Of a DNA stretch of 64,000 bases, positions 9,842 to 21,403 are shown piece by piece. Below the pieces are notes generated by a model. That model saw nothing but the letters and a program-made list of their open reading frames with translations. It did no database searches and was not told where the DNA came from. The stretch covers positions 96,001-160,000 of the forward strand of contig CBDCLE010000012.1 in NCBI GenBank assembly GCA_965218585.1, given 5' to 3'. Every line of letters begins with the position of its first letter. Position 1 is the first letter of the stretch. The position numbers and the translations under genes are program-made. The stretch is from Terriglobia bacterium (GTDB lineage: Bacteria; Acidobacteriota; Terriglobia; 20CM-2-55-15).

Positions 9842-12467
9842 CTACTCGGTCCGCAGCGCCTCGATTGGATCGACTCCTGCGGCCCGGCGCGCAGGCATGA
9901 AGCTCGCAAGCAAGGCAACCACCGTGACACACACCGACACGGTGACGTAAGTGGCTACGTCTACCGCTCCGACCCCCACCAACATTCCGGTCATCAACCG
10001 CGTAAGCCAATAGGCGGCGACAAGCCCCAACGCCACACCCGTGATAGCCAACCCGAACCCCTGACGGAGCACCATCCACGTCGCGCTCTTTCGTCCGGTC
10101 AAAATTCGATTCATCGACAAGCCGAAGAACCGCCGCAGATAGTGCCAGTGTTCGCTACTATTGTATATAATTCCCCTTTTTTAGCTCGGGGAGAAAGTCC
10201 GGGGTGCCAACCCGTGGGCTTCGAATCGCATAGCTCATGGTACGCGGCGAGAAGAACTGCTCACCCCAGAAGTCCTCCATCAACATAGGCCAGTACATCA
10301 CGGCCACTGGAGGCTCTGTGACCCCATCGTCGCGTACATCACCCACCACGCCAATAATCTCCCGCCAGTCTCCCGGCTCCAGTCCCGTGCTGACCCGTCT
10401 GCCAACGGCTTCCCCTGGATCGTTCCAGTACTCCCTGGTGAAGTTCTCCGTGACGAGCACCACCGGGGCCCGGTTGTGAATATCCGTCCAGGTGAGGGAA
10501 CACCCGGCCACGACCGGGTTGCCCATCACCTCGAAGTACCCCTCGCCTATCCATTTGAAGCGACGGATGGGTGGTAGCTGTCCATCTGCGAGCGGAAAGT
10601 CTTCGACAAAAATAGGATCGTTCCCGCCGGTGCCTTCCATCGTGATGGAACTTGAAAAGCCCACTGACGTCACCCCTGTCATCTCGGCCAACCCTCGCGC
10701 AATCTGTTCATGTCGCCCGGCTGCCTCTACAGGATCCTCGATCTCTCTCTCAGGAACAGCTACGTCCAGGATGATCACATCCTCAGGGGCCTGGAAATCG
10801 GGGTTGGATCCCCGGATGGCCTGAAAGCTCCGGACCATGAGACCTGCACCCACGATGAGAACCAACGCCAGGGCAATCTGTCCGACGGCGAGGGCATGGC
10901 GGGTCCGGTGGCGCCCAGGCCCACTCTCACCACCGCGGCCGCCTTCTTTCAATACGCTCACCAGATCCACCCGCCCGCTACGGATGACGGGAAGGAGCCC
11001 GAAGGCGATTCCCGAGAGGATCGAGGCGCACAAGGTGAATGCAAGCACTCCGGGGTCGATCGAGACCACATCGAGACGCGGTAGCTCGGCCGGAGCAATG
11101 GTCACCAGCAACCGGAGTCCTAATCGGGCCAGACCCAGGCCGACGATTCCACCTAGCAGGCCCAGCAGAACGGTCTCCACCAGATATTGGCCCGCAATCT
11201 GACGCTGGCTGGCCCCGATGGCGCTCCTTACGGCCACTTCCCGCTCCCGACCCTCGGCCCGGACGACGAAAAGGTTGGCCACGTTGGCGCAGGCAATGAG
11301 GAGGACGATCCCAACCGTCCCCAGCAATACCCAGAGCACGTCACGCACATCCCCGACGATGGTGTCCCTCAGGGGAGTGAGAACCGAAGCCATTCCCGCT
11401 TCTTCCAGGATTTCCATCGGTATCCCGCCGGGGAATTTTTCCACCGCGACGGGCAAGAGCCGGGCGAAGTCTTCGGTCACCGCCTCGAGGCTCACACCGT
11501 CCCTCAAGCGGGCGATGCTGTAGTAATTGAATTGGCTTACGGTAAGGACGGCACGGTCGAAGCGGAAGGGAAGATAGATCTCGGGGTCGGCGTCAAGAAA
11601 GCGGAAACCGCGAGGCATCACCCCGATGATCTCTCGGACCCGTCCCTCAATTTCAATCGCGTGCCCCACGATATCGGACCGACTGGCAAACTGACTCTCC
11701 CAGTAGGCGTGGCTGAGGATCACCGTCTCGGGCGTTCCCGGCGTATCGTCTTCGACACTGAAGAGACGGCCGAGGATCGTTTGCGCACGCAAGGTCGAAA
11801 GCGTCCCGGCGGTAACCATGGCAGCGGCAAGTTCAACGGGCTCGGCCCCATCACGAACGACGACGTCGTCAAAGCGCCAAAGTCCGATGTCCTCGATGAG
11901 CCGAGCTTCGTCCTTGTACGTAAAGTGGAGTGCCGCCGATTGTAGCAGATCCTCGACACCATTTCCCGGTGCAGTCGAGGACACCGGCACGAGCCGTTCG
12001 GACTCGTCGTAGGGAAGGGGCTCGAGCAGGATTCCCTTTACCAGGCTGAAAATTGCCGTATTCGCTCCGATACCGATGCCCAGGGTCAGGACGACGACCG
12101 CTCCGAAAACTGGGGCCCGGCGCAGGCGACGCAGTGCCAGCCGCGCGTCCCGAAGAACGTTGGCCATCACTTCCCCGAATCCACCCGCCTTGCGCAAAGC
12201 CCTTTCCGAATTCTTAATCGGGCGCACGATGTGATCACGGGTGATACTCCGCTTGGCGTTGAGGATGTCCCTGGCCAACTGGTCCCAGTCACTGACCAGT
12301 CCGCAAGCCTCGGCGTCGGCTTCAACCGGGCCGGCGCCGCGCGTCCGGGCATCGCGATATCCGTCCTCCAGCTGGGAGGAAATGTCTTCAATAATCTCGA
12401 GCTCGGTCGCCCGGTCAACGTCGGGGAGTGCGATGTGCTGGCGGACGTAGGTGGGCCAATCACGCAT
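9842..12467 (-). pseudogene. ADOP-type duplicated ABC permease (MacB/FtsX domains), broken near the C-terminus
   Basis: TLGIGIGANTAIFS, LLIACANVANL, PARRAAGVDPIEALRTE; most of the last FtsX segment is replaced by foreign DNA at about 10090-10180. Confidence 0.85.
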
Positions 12468-12798
12468 CGCTCGGCTCCGTATCCAGGACCAGACTCACAG
12501 CCAGGGTGAACTCGTCCCAGGTTTGACGTTGCGTGGCCAGCGCTGCTATTCCGCTTTTGGTAAGACGATAGAAACGCCTCCGGCGTTCACCTCGCTTCTC
12601 GACCCACCGGCCGTCAATCCAACCACGCTCCTCCATTCGGCAGAGAATCGGGTAAAGCGAGGAGATCTGAAACCGCAGTCGACCACCGGAACGTTTTTCA
12701 ATCAGCTTTCCGATTTCATAGCCGTGGCGCGGCTGGTCTCTGAGGAGTGCAAGCAATAACAGCTCGACGCTGCCTTTCTTGAGGACTGGGCTGAACAC
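12460..12798 (-). CDS. PadR-family transcriptional regulator
   Basis: LKKGSVELLLL, HGYEI, SLYPIL.RME, RRRFYRLT.SG. Confidence 0.9.
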   Translation of the reverse strand: MFSPVLKKGSVELLLLALLRDQPRHGYEIGKLIEKRSGGRLRFQISSLYPILCRMEERGWIDGRWVEKRGERRRRFYRLTKSGIAALATQRQTWDEFTLAVSLVLDTEPSDA

Positions 12799-13005
12799 GA
12801 TGACCCTCCAATGGAATCTTCGATGTTATGGTGCATACAGATATGTTGTATTGAAGTATATGTCAATCGAGGGAGCGAGGCAAGGAAACGGAGGGGGGGC
12901 AGGGCGAGAACAGCGTGGTGCAGGAAGCCAGGGAGGGAGAAGCTCGGAAATAGCGTGGTGACCGCAGGGGCCTTTCCGGCCCCCTCAACCGATCAGGAAG
13001 TGGAC

Positions 13006-13797
13006 TTACTCGCAGGCCTCGGCAACAGGCTCGACCAACGTCACGTTGATGCCCTCAACGCCGCCCTCTCCCATCAATAGACCGCTGACCGACATCTTCT
13101 GGCCAAGGAACCCGTCAAGAGCCATAAGAACGAACTTGAGATCGAAGGTCCGCTCTCCCAGCGCCAGGGTCGCGTCGTTTTCGCCAACGCCCGCGGCATC
13201 GATGCGTTCCGGGGCCGTCGAGCTGTTCAACGTCCAGTTGCCAAAACCTTCTCCTGGGGCCAGGCAACCGACCACTCTGGCCAGCGTGGAGTTCGGGAGC
13301 TCTCCGGGTCCATCTTCAGCAATGATCTGAACATCCACCGTAGACTCTGCAGTCAGCTCCGCGTCACCGGCCGGATACCCATTCCGGCTCAGGATGAAGG
13401 CCGTAACGTCGACATATGTATCAATCGACAGCGTACCAGCGTCACCATTCGGCATGTTCGTACGGATGTAGTCGAACAGTTCGTCGACCGTCCGTTCCCT
13501 ATAGCCCTCCTGAAAGCTTTCGCCGACCAGCGGGCTTGCCCTGTTGGCACCCCCCTCGAGCTCGGTGCCGTGGCATCGGGCACAGGACGCCAGGAAGCGT
13601 TCACCACCGCGCGCGGCTTGTGCGTCGGTAAACACGCCATCCCAGACAGTTCGGGCTTCCTCCGCGTCTTGTCCCGGCGCCGCGCTCACGAATAAACCAC
13701 TTGTCACAACAACGAACGCAGCGATGCCGAAGACGAAAAGCCGGACCGCGTGGCTTCTGATTCGGGAGTTGTTCAAACGTTGAAGCACCTGATTCAT
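13006..13797 (-). CDS. Exported c-type cytochrome
   Basis: Signal/TM segment, TVWDGVFT, CARCH heme motif, MP ligand motif. Confidence 0.85.
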   Translation of the reverse strand: MNQVLQRLNNSRIRSHAVRLFVFGIAAFVVVTSGLFVSAAPGQDAEEARTVWDGVFTDAQAARGGERFLASCARCHGTELEGGANRASPLVGESFQEGYRERTVDELFDYIRTNMPNGDAGTLSIDTYVDVTAFILSRNGYPAGDAELTAESTVDVQIIAEDGPGELPNSTLARVVGCLAPGEGFGNWTLNSSTAPERIDAAGVGENDATLALGERTFDLKFVLMALDGFLGQKMSVSGLLMGEGGVEGINVTLVEPVAEACE

Positions 13798-13955
13798 AGC
13801 ATTTGCTCCATAGTGTTCGGGTCGCCATCGAGCGGCCCTGAAAGAAAAGACATGTCTGTCTTGAACCCGTTCAACATAGTTCTGGCACAACCGACCGATG
13901 CAGAGATAACCGACTACAGATTTCCAAAGGATCGATGTCTGTCATTAAAAGAAGA

Positions 13956-13986
13956 GTGGCTGGCATCAATCTCCTCTGCCAGCCAC
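13956..13986 (-). terminator. Probable intrinsic terminator after DUF1552 gene
   Basis: GTGGCTGGCA / TGCCAGCCAC stem followed on minus strand by a T-rich tract. Confidence 0.55.
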
Positions 13987-14021
13987 ACTCGTTTCACCAA
14001 GCGGTCTTAGAACATCGTCGC

Positions 14022-15341
14022 TTAGGAAAGGTCCAGCAGGCCCGTGCTCTCGCCGATCTTTTCGAGTTCGACATTCGCCAGATCAGCAAGACCTAACAAC
14101 AGATTCTGCGTCGGCTCTTCGTTCTCCACGGCGATGTGACGGCCACCCTTCATACGGCCATTCGCTCCGCCGACGACGACGGCGGGCGGATTGGACCGTT
14201 CGTGCTGGTTGCCGTCGCTCATACCGCTACCCCAGTACAAGACTGAATGATCCAGGAGCGAGCCGTCGCCATCCGGCGTCGCGGCCAGCTTGCCCAGGAA
14301 CTGACTGAACTTCATGACATGGTACGTGCCGATCTTGGTGTACTTCTCGAGTTTCTCCGAGTCGTTCCCATGGTGCGACATGGTGTGGTGCGCTTCAGGG
14401 ACTCCGATAAAGGCGTAACTCCGGTCGCTTGCCTCCAGGCCGGACAGGAACGTGAAGACACGCGTGATGTCACCCTGGAACGCGAGGTGCATCAGATCGT
14501 AGCTGAGCGTCAGGTACTCATCGAAGCTTTGGGGAACACCGATCGGCGACGTGGGAATCTCGATGTCCGCCGTTTCGCTTCGTAGTTCCATCTGCTGGAG
14601 CTGCCGTTCCACCTGGCGGATGTTCTCCAGATACTCGGTAAGAATCCGGTTGTCGGCCGGGCCCAATTCCTGCTGAAGCTTCAGCGCCTCGCCTGCCACC
14701 GAATCCAGCATGCTCTGCTTTCGCTGCAAGCGCGCGAGCCGTTGCTCGGGCGTCCCGGCTTCACCGAACATGCGCTCGAACGTAATCCGAGGATTGATCT
14801 CGACGGTGCGCGGAGTCGTTTCATCCCGCCATGAAAGCGCGTTGAAATAGATGCACGCAAAGTCGTCACACGAACCCACCGAGGTGCCCAGACTTTCGGT
14901 GCCGATCTCGAGCGAGGGGAACGGCGTGTCCCCTGCATGCTTGTCGGCGATGTATTGGTCGACGGTTTTTGCTGATTCGATCGCAGCACCGTTCCTTCCG
15001 ACTGGACCTACTCCGTTCAGGAAGGCGGAACTCGCGCCCAGATGGATGGAATTGCCATACGGGGCTTCCATCCCACTGACTGTGATCATCTGATCCCGAA
15101 ACGGGCCGAGCGGGCTCATCGGAGGCTTCATTTCAAACTTCCGGCCGACCGTTTCCGGGTGCCAACGGTCGGGGTAGATCCCGACGGGATAGTAGATAGC
15201 ACCGAAACGGAACGGGGCGCTGGCCTCGGACTGCGCCGCCAGCGCGGGCACCATCGCATCCAGCATCGGAAGCGCAACCGCGGTGCCTAACGCACCCCGG
15301 AGAAACGTGCGTCGAGACAAACGCTTTTTGGTGATGATCAT
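14022..15341 (-). CDS. DUF1552 domain protein
   Basis: SRRTFLRG..ALPMLDAM N-terminus, SLEIG, HHTMSHH, GSGMSDGNQH. Confidence 0.9.
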   Translation of the reverse strand: MIITKKRLSRRTFLRGALGTAVALPMLDAMVPALAAQSEASAPFRFGAIYYPVGIYPDRWHPETVGRKFEMKPPMSPLGPFRDQMITVSGMEAPYGNSIHLGASSAFLNGVGPVGRNGAAIESAKTVDQYIADKHAGDTPFPSLEIGTESLGTSVGSCDDFACIYFNALSWRDETTPRTVEINPRITFERMFGEAGTPEQRLARLQRKQSMLDSVAGEALKLQQELGPADNRILTEYLENIRQVERQLQQMELRSETADIEIPTSPIGVPQSFDEYLTLSYDLMHLAFQGDITRVFTFLSGLEASDRSYAFIGVPEAHHTMSHHGNDSEKLEKYTKIGTYHVMKFSQFLGKLAATPDGDGSLLDHSVLYWGSGMSDGNQHERSNPPAVVVGGANGRMKGGRHIAVENEEPTQNLLLGLADLANVELEKIGESTGLLDLS

Positions 15342-15347
15342 CAGTAG

Positions 15348-17747
15348 TTACTCCTCTCTCGGATCTAGTTGGGCGATCTTTGTTCTGTTCTGGAACGGTC
15401 TGCTTTCGACGATTCCCGTGATTATAGATGCTAAGCGATAGTCGTTCGCGGCCGCAGCTGCGACGACACCCCGGACAACCGGCATATCGTATGCCTCGAG
15501 ACCGCGGCCCAGCGCGTAAGTCATAAGCCGTTCGGTAAGAACACCGACAAATGCGTCGGGCCGACTGACTAGGGCTTCCCGCAACGCTACAGGGCCATCC
15601 ACTTCGGTACCATCGGCAAGAACACCCGAGGAATCGATAGGTGCGCCATCGTCGGTCGTCTCTCGCCACTGGCCAATGGGATTGAAGTTCTCAAGCGCAA
15701 ACCCTACCGGATCGATGATCGAATGACAGCCCGAGCAGGCTGGATTGGCGCGATGCGCCTCCATCCGTTGGCGCACAGTTTGTACCTCGGTCACGGGCGC
15801 GCTATCGTCGAGCGCCGGAACGTTCGCCGGAGGAGGCGGCGGCGGAGTGTTCAGGAAAGTCTCAAGAATGTATTTTCCCCTAAAAACGGGGGATGTGCGT
15901 GTTGCAGCCGAGGTTAGCGACAGGACACTCGCATGGCCGAGCAGGCCTCTCCGATTTGGATCGGTCAACCCGACTCGCCGGAAGCGCGACCCGCTGATCC
16001 CGGAAATGCCATAGTGCTTGGCGAGTCGCTCATTGACGAAAGTGTAGTCCGCGGTCAACAGTTCGAGCGCACTACGGTTTTCCTGCACGATGCTCGCAAA
16101 GAACAGTTCGGTCTCACGCCCAAACGCCTCACGCAGGTTGTGGTCGAAGTCCGGGAAGCCGCGGATGTCGGGAACGACCCGATCGAGGTTCCGAAGCTCG
16201 AGCCACTGTCCGGCGAAATCCGAGACCATCGAGGCCGCACGCTCGTCGGCCAACATCCTTCGAACCTGGCCCTCGAGCACTCCCGGTTCACGGAGCACCC
16301 CCTGTTCGGCCAGGCTCAGCAGTTCGTCATCTGGAATCGTGTTCCACAGGAAGAACGAGAGACGCGAAGCCAGCTCCAGGTCGCTCACCTGGTGCCCAGC
16401 ACCACCTTCCAGGTCAGCGGGGTCGCGTTCGGCGCGGAATACGAAAGACGGACTGGCCAGGATTCGAGCGAGACCGTCACGAATACCGGCGTCGAAATCT
16501 CCCGTCCGACGTGCAGACTCATAGAACGCCATCGGCGCCTCGAGTTCGTATTCGGCCAACGGTCGCCGATACGCGCGGCGGGCCACGTCAGAGAGAATTT
16601 CCTCCGCGCAGGCTGTTTCCTCCAACCGAGAAGCGGGTTCGCAAATGAAGAGCCTCTCCCGTATTGGATTCTCACTTACGCCGGTCACGTTGAACGCTCC
16701 CTCGATCGTCACGGACTTCAGCTCGGCCAGGCCGCCGGTGTTGTGCAGATCCAAACTCGCCCGCGCCGACGGGCGGAGGATCTCCTGAACCCGTACTGGT
16801 TTCTCGACAAACGTAAACACAACGTCGTGGGGACCGGCTGTCACGAACGTAGTGACCTGCATCCGTGCTGCGACCTCGGAGGCAGCGATAGCTGAAGTTT
16901 CCGCCGAAAAGGCGCTGTCTTCCACACCCCCAATTGGCGCCACGAGGACCCGTTCACCGTCGATGGAGATCTCGAACTCGTGCGGCTGATCCTGTCCCTC
17001 GATACCGCTGTCCCCTGCTGCGAGCCCTCTGATGAGCGTGCCGAACAGCCGATAGTCGCCGTCAGCGGGGAAGTTGTGGCGGACACGTATGCCGCCGCGC
17101 GTGCCCAGCGGCAGTCCTTCGACATGCGACTCCTGGCTGACGTCGGCGCGCATCGGGTACACCGACATCTCGGCTGGAAATTCGGTGTCGCCGACCGCCA
17201 GCGTGCTGATGCGCATCGCGGCGGTGAGGTAGCGCTCGAGCAGAGCCGGGGAAGTCAACAGCGCGGTCGCGTTGTTGTCAAAACCGAAGTCCGAACTGTC
17301 CGGGGGCAGGAGTGCGGTCACGTCGATTTCGACGCCCAGCAGGTCCCGAATCGCGTTCCCATACTCCGTGCGGTTCAGCCGATGCAGGACAAACTCGCCC
17401 GGATTGTTCTCCTCGTCTGCGGCACGTCCAAGTGAAGCGGACAGATACTCGGTAAAAGCCACCATCCGAGCGTCCGCAGGCCGCGGCATACTCTGAGGCG
17501 GCATCGCCCGCACGGCAAGCTTGCGAAGCACCCGCTCCCATATTTCAGCGTCGGTGCCCGGGTCATCGAGGTTCGCCTGGTCGAGATACACCGGATTGGC
17601 GGACGGTTCTGCGAATTGCTGGTTGTGGCAGGATACACAGTAGTTTTCAACCAGAGCGTGATGTTCGGCCGGTGCCTGGGCCTCGGCCGAGACAGCGCTC
17701 GAGAGAACACACAGGACTGCGAAGGTGAGAAGTAGAAGATTCTTCAT
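15348..17747 (-). CDS. DUF1587/1595/1592/1588/1585 (PSD/PSCyt) cytochrome-domain protein
   Basis: CVSCH, HRLNRTEY.N.IRDL, ELASRLSFFLW, TSPVFRG, CSGCH. Confidence 0.9.
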   Translation of the reverse strand: MKNLLLLTFAVLCVLSSAVSAEAQAPAEHHALVENYCVSCHNQQFAEPSANPVYLDQANLDDPGTDAEIWERVLRKLAVRAMPPQSMPRPADARMVAFTEYLSASLGRAADEENNPGEFVLHRLNRTEYGNAIRDLLGVEIDVTALLPPDSSDFGFDNNATALLTSPALLERYLTAAMRISTLAVGDTEFPAEMSVYPMRADVSQESHVEGLPLGTRGGIRVRHNFPADGDYRLFGTLIRGLAAGDSGIEGQDQPHEFEISIDGERVLVAPIGGVEDSAFSAETSAIAASEVAARMQVTTFVTAGPHDVVFTFVEKPVRVQEILRPSARASLDLHNTGGLAELKSVTIEGAFNVTGVSENPIRERLFICEPASRLEETACAEEILSDVARRAYRRPLAEYELEAPMAFYESARRTGDFDAGIRDGLARILASPSFVFRAERDPADLEGGAGHQVSDLELASRLSFFLWNTIPDDELLSLAEQGVLREPGVLEGQVRRMLADERAASMVSDFAGQWLELRNLDRVVPDIRGFPDFDHNLREAFGRETELFFASIVQENRSALELLTADYTFVNERLAKHYGISGISGSRFRRVGLTDPNRRGLLGHASVLSLTSAATRTSPVFRGKYILETFLNTPPPPPPANVPALDDSAPVTEVQTVRQRMEAHRANPACSGCHSIIDPVGFALENFNPIGQWRETTDDGAPIDSSGVLADGTEVDGPVALREALVSRPDAFVGVLTERLMTYALGRGLEAYDMPVVRGVVAAAAANDYRLASIITGIVESRPFQNRTKIAQLDPREE

Positions 17748-17750
17748 GTA

Positions 17751-19388
17751 TTAGTTCTCCGCGACGGTAGCAGCTTCCGCATCCTCCGGATCAGGTTCGG
17801 GAAGAGGATCGACCGGCAGGCCCATCAACTCCTGCAGCAACCTGACGACCTCGGGCTTGGCCTCGCCCTCCTCCACCGGCACGGGGTTGCCTTCTTCATC
17901 GTTTGGCTCCGCAGGCTGCTTGCCCATTGCCAGATCCAGCGGTGTCAGATCCGACTCGTTCGCCAGGTCCAGCTTGGCGCCCGCATCCGCCAGGGCACGG
18001 ACCAATTCCACCTTGCCCCTCTCGGCTGCTTGATGGAGCGCGGTATTCCCTTCAAGGTTGACGGTATCCAGATCCGCGCCGCCGGAAACAAGGACCTTGA
18101 CCGCCTCGACGGATTCGCGCACCGATTCCGTTCGGTACGGTACGTCCCAGGGCGCTTCCCCGGGCCGCTCGTCTCCCGGACCACCCCCGCGGTATCGGCC
18201 AGCCACGCTGGCGCCAAGGGCTGCCATCAGGGGTGTCTCACCCACCTTGAATGTCTCGCGGCCACCGTTGACCTCGACGGCTTCGGGAGCGATGTTCGGA
18301 TCTGCACCCGCTTCGAGCAGAAACCGGATCAGGTCGACGTTGGTTTCCCGCGCCGCTCGGTACAACGGCGTGCCGTTGTGACCTGCCGCTCCGCTGGCGC
18401 CCAGCGAGTGCAGCGACCCGCTGAAGGTGCCATTGGGATCCGCACCCGCTTCGAGCAAGCGCTCCATCAGGTCCATCGCGGTCAATTCGTTCGGATGGTC
18501 CGGCCAGGGCCGATTGGAATCGAACGCCAGAAAGTCGCCGGGCATCTCATGCAAGTCCACGGTCCAATACAACGAGCCGTCATTTGGGTCGGCACCCAGT
18601 TCCAGCAGCATGTTCGCCAGATCGAACCGATCGTTGTAGATGGCGATGATCATCGGAGTGGCGTTATCGGGATTCTTCGCGTTGATGTCGGCACCGGCCT
18701 CGAGGAGGGCGCGCACGACATCGGAATGCGCCTGCCGGGTCGCGAACATCAGCGCGGTCAAGCCGCCGGTTGGATGATCCGCGTTCTCCCGAGTCTCGAT
18801 GAGGGTAACACCGGCGACCGCGTTAGGGTCGGCTCCGGCTTCGAGCAACAACTCGACTATCTCAAGATGCCCCTCGCTCGCTGCCCACATCAGCGGGGTC
18901 TGGTCCTGCCACTGCTCCTTAGCGTTGACGGCGGCGCCGGCATCGAGCAGCATGCGCACAGCTGCAGTGTTTCCGGCAAGTGACGCACCCATCAGAGGTG
19001 TCTCTCCACCAGGATGTGCGAGATTCGGATCAGCGCCTGCGTCGAGCAGTGCCTCCACCAGGACCGCATCACCGACGCGACTTGCCTGAATCAACGGGGT
19101 CACACCGTAACGGTTTGCAGTCTGAGGGTCGGCTCCCGCCGCGATGAGCGCCCGGGCCATGTCGGCATCCTGGTGGTACGCTGCCCACAGCAACGCCGTA
19201 GAACCGTCCGCTTCGGACTCGTTGACATCCAGTTGGTCCGCGATTAACTCGAGAACCGCATCGACGTCCCCATTCCTCGCAGCTACGGCCACGTCGGATT
19301 CGGCTGCCCACACGGGTCCTGCTACCAGCAAACCGACGACACACAACAATGCCAGTAACATCCACCCTGATCTATATTCCGTCTGCAT
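17751..19388 (-). CDS. Exported ankyrin-repeat protein
   Basis: Multiple TPLxxAA...LLEAGADPN repeats, signal peptide. Confidence 0.9.
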   Translation of the reverse strand: MQTEYRSGWMLLALLCVVGLLVAGPVWAAESDVAVAARNGDVDAVLELIADQLDVNESEADGSTALLWAAYHQDADMARALIAAGADPQTANRYGVTPLIQASRVGDAVLVEALLDAGADPNLAHPGGETPLMGASLAGNTAAVRMLLDAGAAVNAKEQWQDQTPLMWAASEGHLEIVELLLEAGADPNAVAGVTLIETRENADHPTGGLTALMFATRQAHSDVVRALLEAGADINAKNPDNATPMIIAIYNDRFDLANMLLELGADPNDGSLYWTVDLHEMPGDFLAFDSNRPWPDHPNELTAMDLMERLLEAGADPNGTFSGSLHSLGASGAAGHNGTPLYRAARETNVDLIRFLLEAGADPNIAPEAVEVNGGRETFKVGETPLMAALGASVAGRYRGGGPGDERPGEAPWDVPYRTESVRESVEAVKVLVSGGADLDTVNLEGNTALHQAAERGKVELVRALADAGAKLDLANESDLTPLDLAMGKQPAEPNDEEGNPVPVEEGEAKPEVVRLLQELMGLPVDPLPEPDPEDAEAATVAEN

Positions 19389-19719
19389 CTCGCTCCCCTG
19401 ACTCAAGAGATTAATCACATGTGGGCCATCTACGAACGAACAAAGAACTTATGACGGCCGCAAGGTCACGCGCTACGGGCGGGCAGAATACCCCGCCCCG
19501 GTATCATCCGCATACATTCCAATACCTGTGCAGGGTACCACAGTGAGCATGGAAGATCGGCCAGAAAATCGGCAAAAAAGGCCAACGTTCTGAAGGACTT
19601 GAGTGCAGTTGCTCCAGACCGAAAATCAGTCGCGTTTACGGTTAGAAATTCAACATGAAGGCGCCGGTTTGACAAATGTCTGAAGACAAATCGTCTTTAG
19701 CTTCGTATTTAGAAAACGG

Positions 19720-21204
19720 TTACTCGGGGCGGAGATGCGGAAAAAGGATGACATCCCGGATCGAGTGAGAACCAGTCAGGAGCATCGTCAGGCGGTCCAC
19801 ACCGATGCCTTCTCCGGCCGTGGGAGGCATTCCGTATTCGAGCGCACGGACGTAATCTTCGTCCATGGCATGGGCTTCGTCGTCGCCAAGCTCCAGTGCT
19901 TCCAGTTGGGCTTCAAAACGCTTCTTCTGTTCCAGAGGGTCGTTCAACTCGGAATAGGCGTTGGCCACTTCCATTCCTGCGATATACAACTCGAAGCGCT
20001 CGACGAGACTCGGATCCTCGGCCTTGGCCTTCGATAGTGGTGACATCTCGATCGGGTAGTCGTAGATGAAAGTCGGCCCCACCATGTGCTTTTCGGCCAC
20101 GGCGTCAAAAAGCTCGCCAATAAGTGTTCCCAGAGGCAGTTGCGGATTGTAGTCGGCGTTCACGTTGTCCAGCAGACCCTTCACTGTGTCCAGGTCTGAC
20201 AACAACGACTCCGCTATCGAATCACCGGGATCACCCGGGTAGTACTTAAGGATGGCTTCCTTCACGGTCATCCGTGACCACTGATTGAAATCGACTTCGG
20301 TCCCGTCGTAGGTAATCGTCGACGAACCACAGACGGTCTCTACCACCTCGGTGATCATTTCTTCGGTAAGGTCCATCAGGTCCGTGTAGTTGCTGTAGGC
20401 CTGATAGAACTCGAGCATCGTGTACTCGGGGTTGTGTTTGAACGAAATACCTTCATTACGGAAGTTGCGGTTCAGATCGTAGACGCGCGTCAGCCCCCCG
20501 ACGATAAGACGCTTCAGATACAGTTCGGGCGCGATCCGCAGGTAAAGGGACATGTCGAGGGCGTTGTGATGGGTCTGGAACGGCCGGGCCAGCGCACCAC
20601 CCGCTATGGGCTGCAGGATAGGCGTTTCGACTTCCAGATAACCGCGCTCATCCAGAAAACGTCGCAACTCCCGGATGATGAGGCTTCTCTTCACGAAAAC
20701 ATCCCGAACATCCTGGTTGACGATCAAATCGACATAGCGCCTGCGATAACGAATTTCGATGTCGGTCAGACCGTGCCATTTTTCCGGCAGAGACAGCAGG
20801 CTCTTGGCCAGAAACGTCAACTCGGAAGCCAAAACGGTCAGCTCACCCGTGCGCGTCCTGAACATCACGCCTTCTGCACCGATGAAGTCACCGATGTCGA
20901 GCAACTTATACAGCCCGAAGTCAGTTTCGGATAGTTTGTCCTTTCGGGCGTAGACCTGAACCCTGGCACCGCCTTCTGAGATCGTCAGAAAACCCGCCTT
21001 GCCAAAGGGCCGGGCGGCGACAATCCGGCCTGAAACTCGCACGGGTGTGGGGGTGGCCTCCAGCTCTTCTGCCGATTGCGGTGAAAACTGTTCGACAGCT
21101 GCCGCGATCGTGTGGGTAAATCGATAGGTCGTAGGATAGGGATCGCACCCCAACTCTTCGATCTTCTTGAGCTTCTCTAACCGTATTTCTTCAGGTTCTT
21201 CCAT
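19720..21204 (-). CDS. lysS: Lysine--tRNA ligase (class II)
   Basis: [41 protein letters not shown]. Confidence 0.97.
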   Translation of the reverse strand: MEEPEEIRLEKLKKIEELGCDPYPTTYRFTHTIAAAVEQFSPQSAEELEATPTPVRVSGRIVAARPFGKAGFLTISEGGARVQVYARKDKLSETDFGLYKLLDIGDFIGAEGVMFRTRTGELTVLASELTFLAKSLLSLPEKWHGLTDIEIRYRRRYVDLIVNQDVRDVFVKRSLIIRELRRFLDERGYLEVETPILQPIAGGALARPFQTHHNALDMSLYLRIAPELYLKRLIVGGLTRVYDLNRNFRNEGISFKHNPEYTMLEFYQAYSNYTDLMDLTEEMITEVVETVCGSSTITYDGTEVDFNQWSRMTVKEAILKYYPGDPGDSIAESLLSDLDTVKGLLDNVNADYNPQLPLGTLIGELFDAVAEKHMVGPTFIYDYPIEMSPLSKAKAEDPSLVERFELYIAGMEVANAYSELNDPLEQKKRFEAQLEALELGDDEAHAMDEDYVRALEYGMPPTAGEGIGVDRLTMLLTGSHSIRDVILFPHLRPE

Positions 21205-21227
21205 GAGAATCTTTCAACAAAGATATT

Positions 21228-21403
21228 TTCAACGCAGAGACGCAGAGACGCAGAGGAAGAAAAGACGGGTCAGGTTGCCTACATCTAGGTCGACCGCAAC
21301 CAATCGGATTGGCAAGAACATTTCGTTGGAACCCATAAAAGTTGATCTAGTCTACTCTCGAACAGCCAATCTTATTCTCTGCGTCCCTGCGTCTCTGCGT
21401 TAA
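21228..21403. repeat. Bipartite inverted-repeat element (ACGCAGAG x3 arms, ~120-bp core)
   Basis: TTCAACGCAGAGACGCAGAGACGCAGAG...CTCTGCGTCCCTGCGTCTCTGCGTTAA; terminus overlaps nusB stop. Confidence 0.85.
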
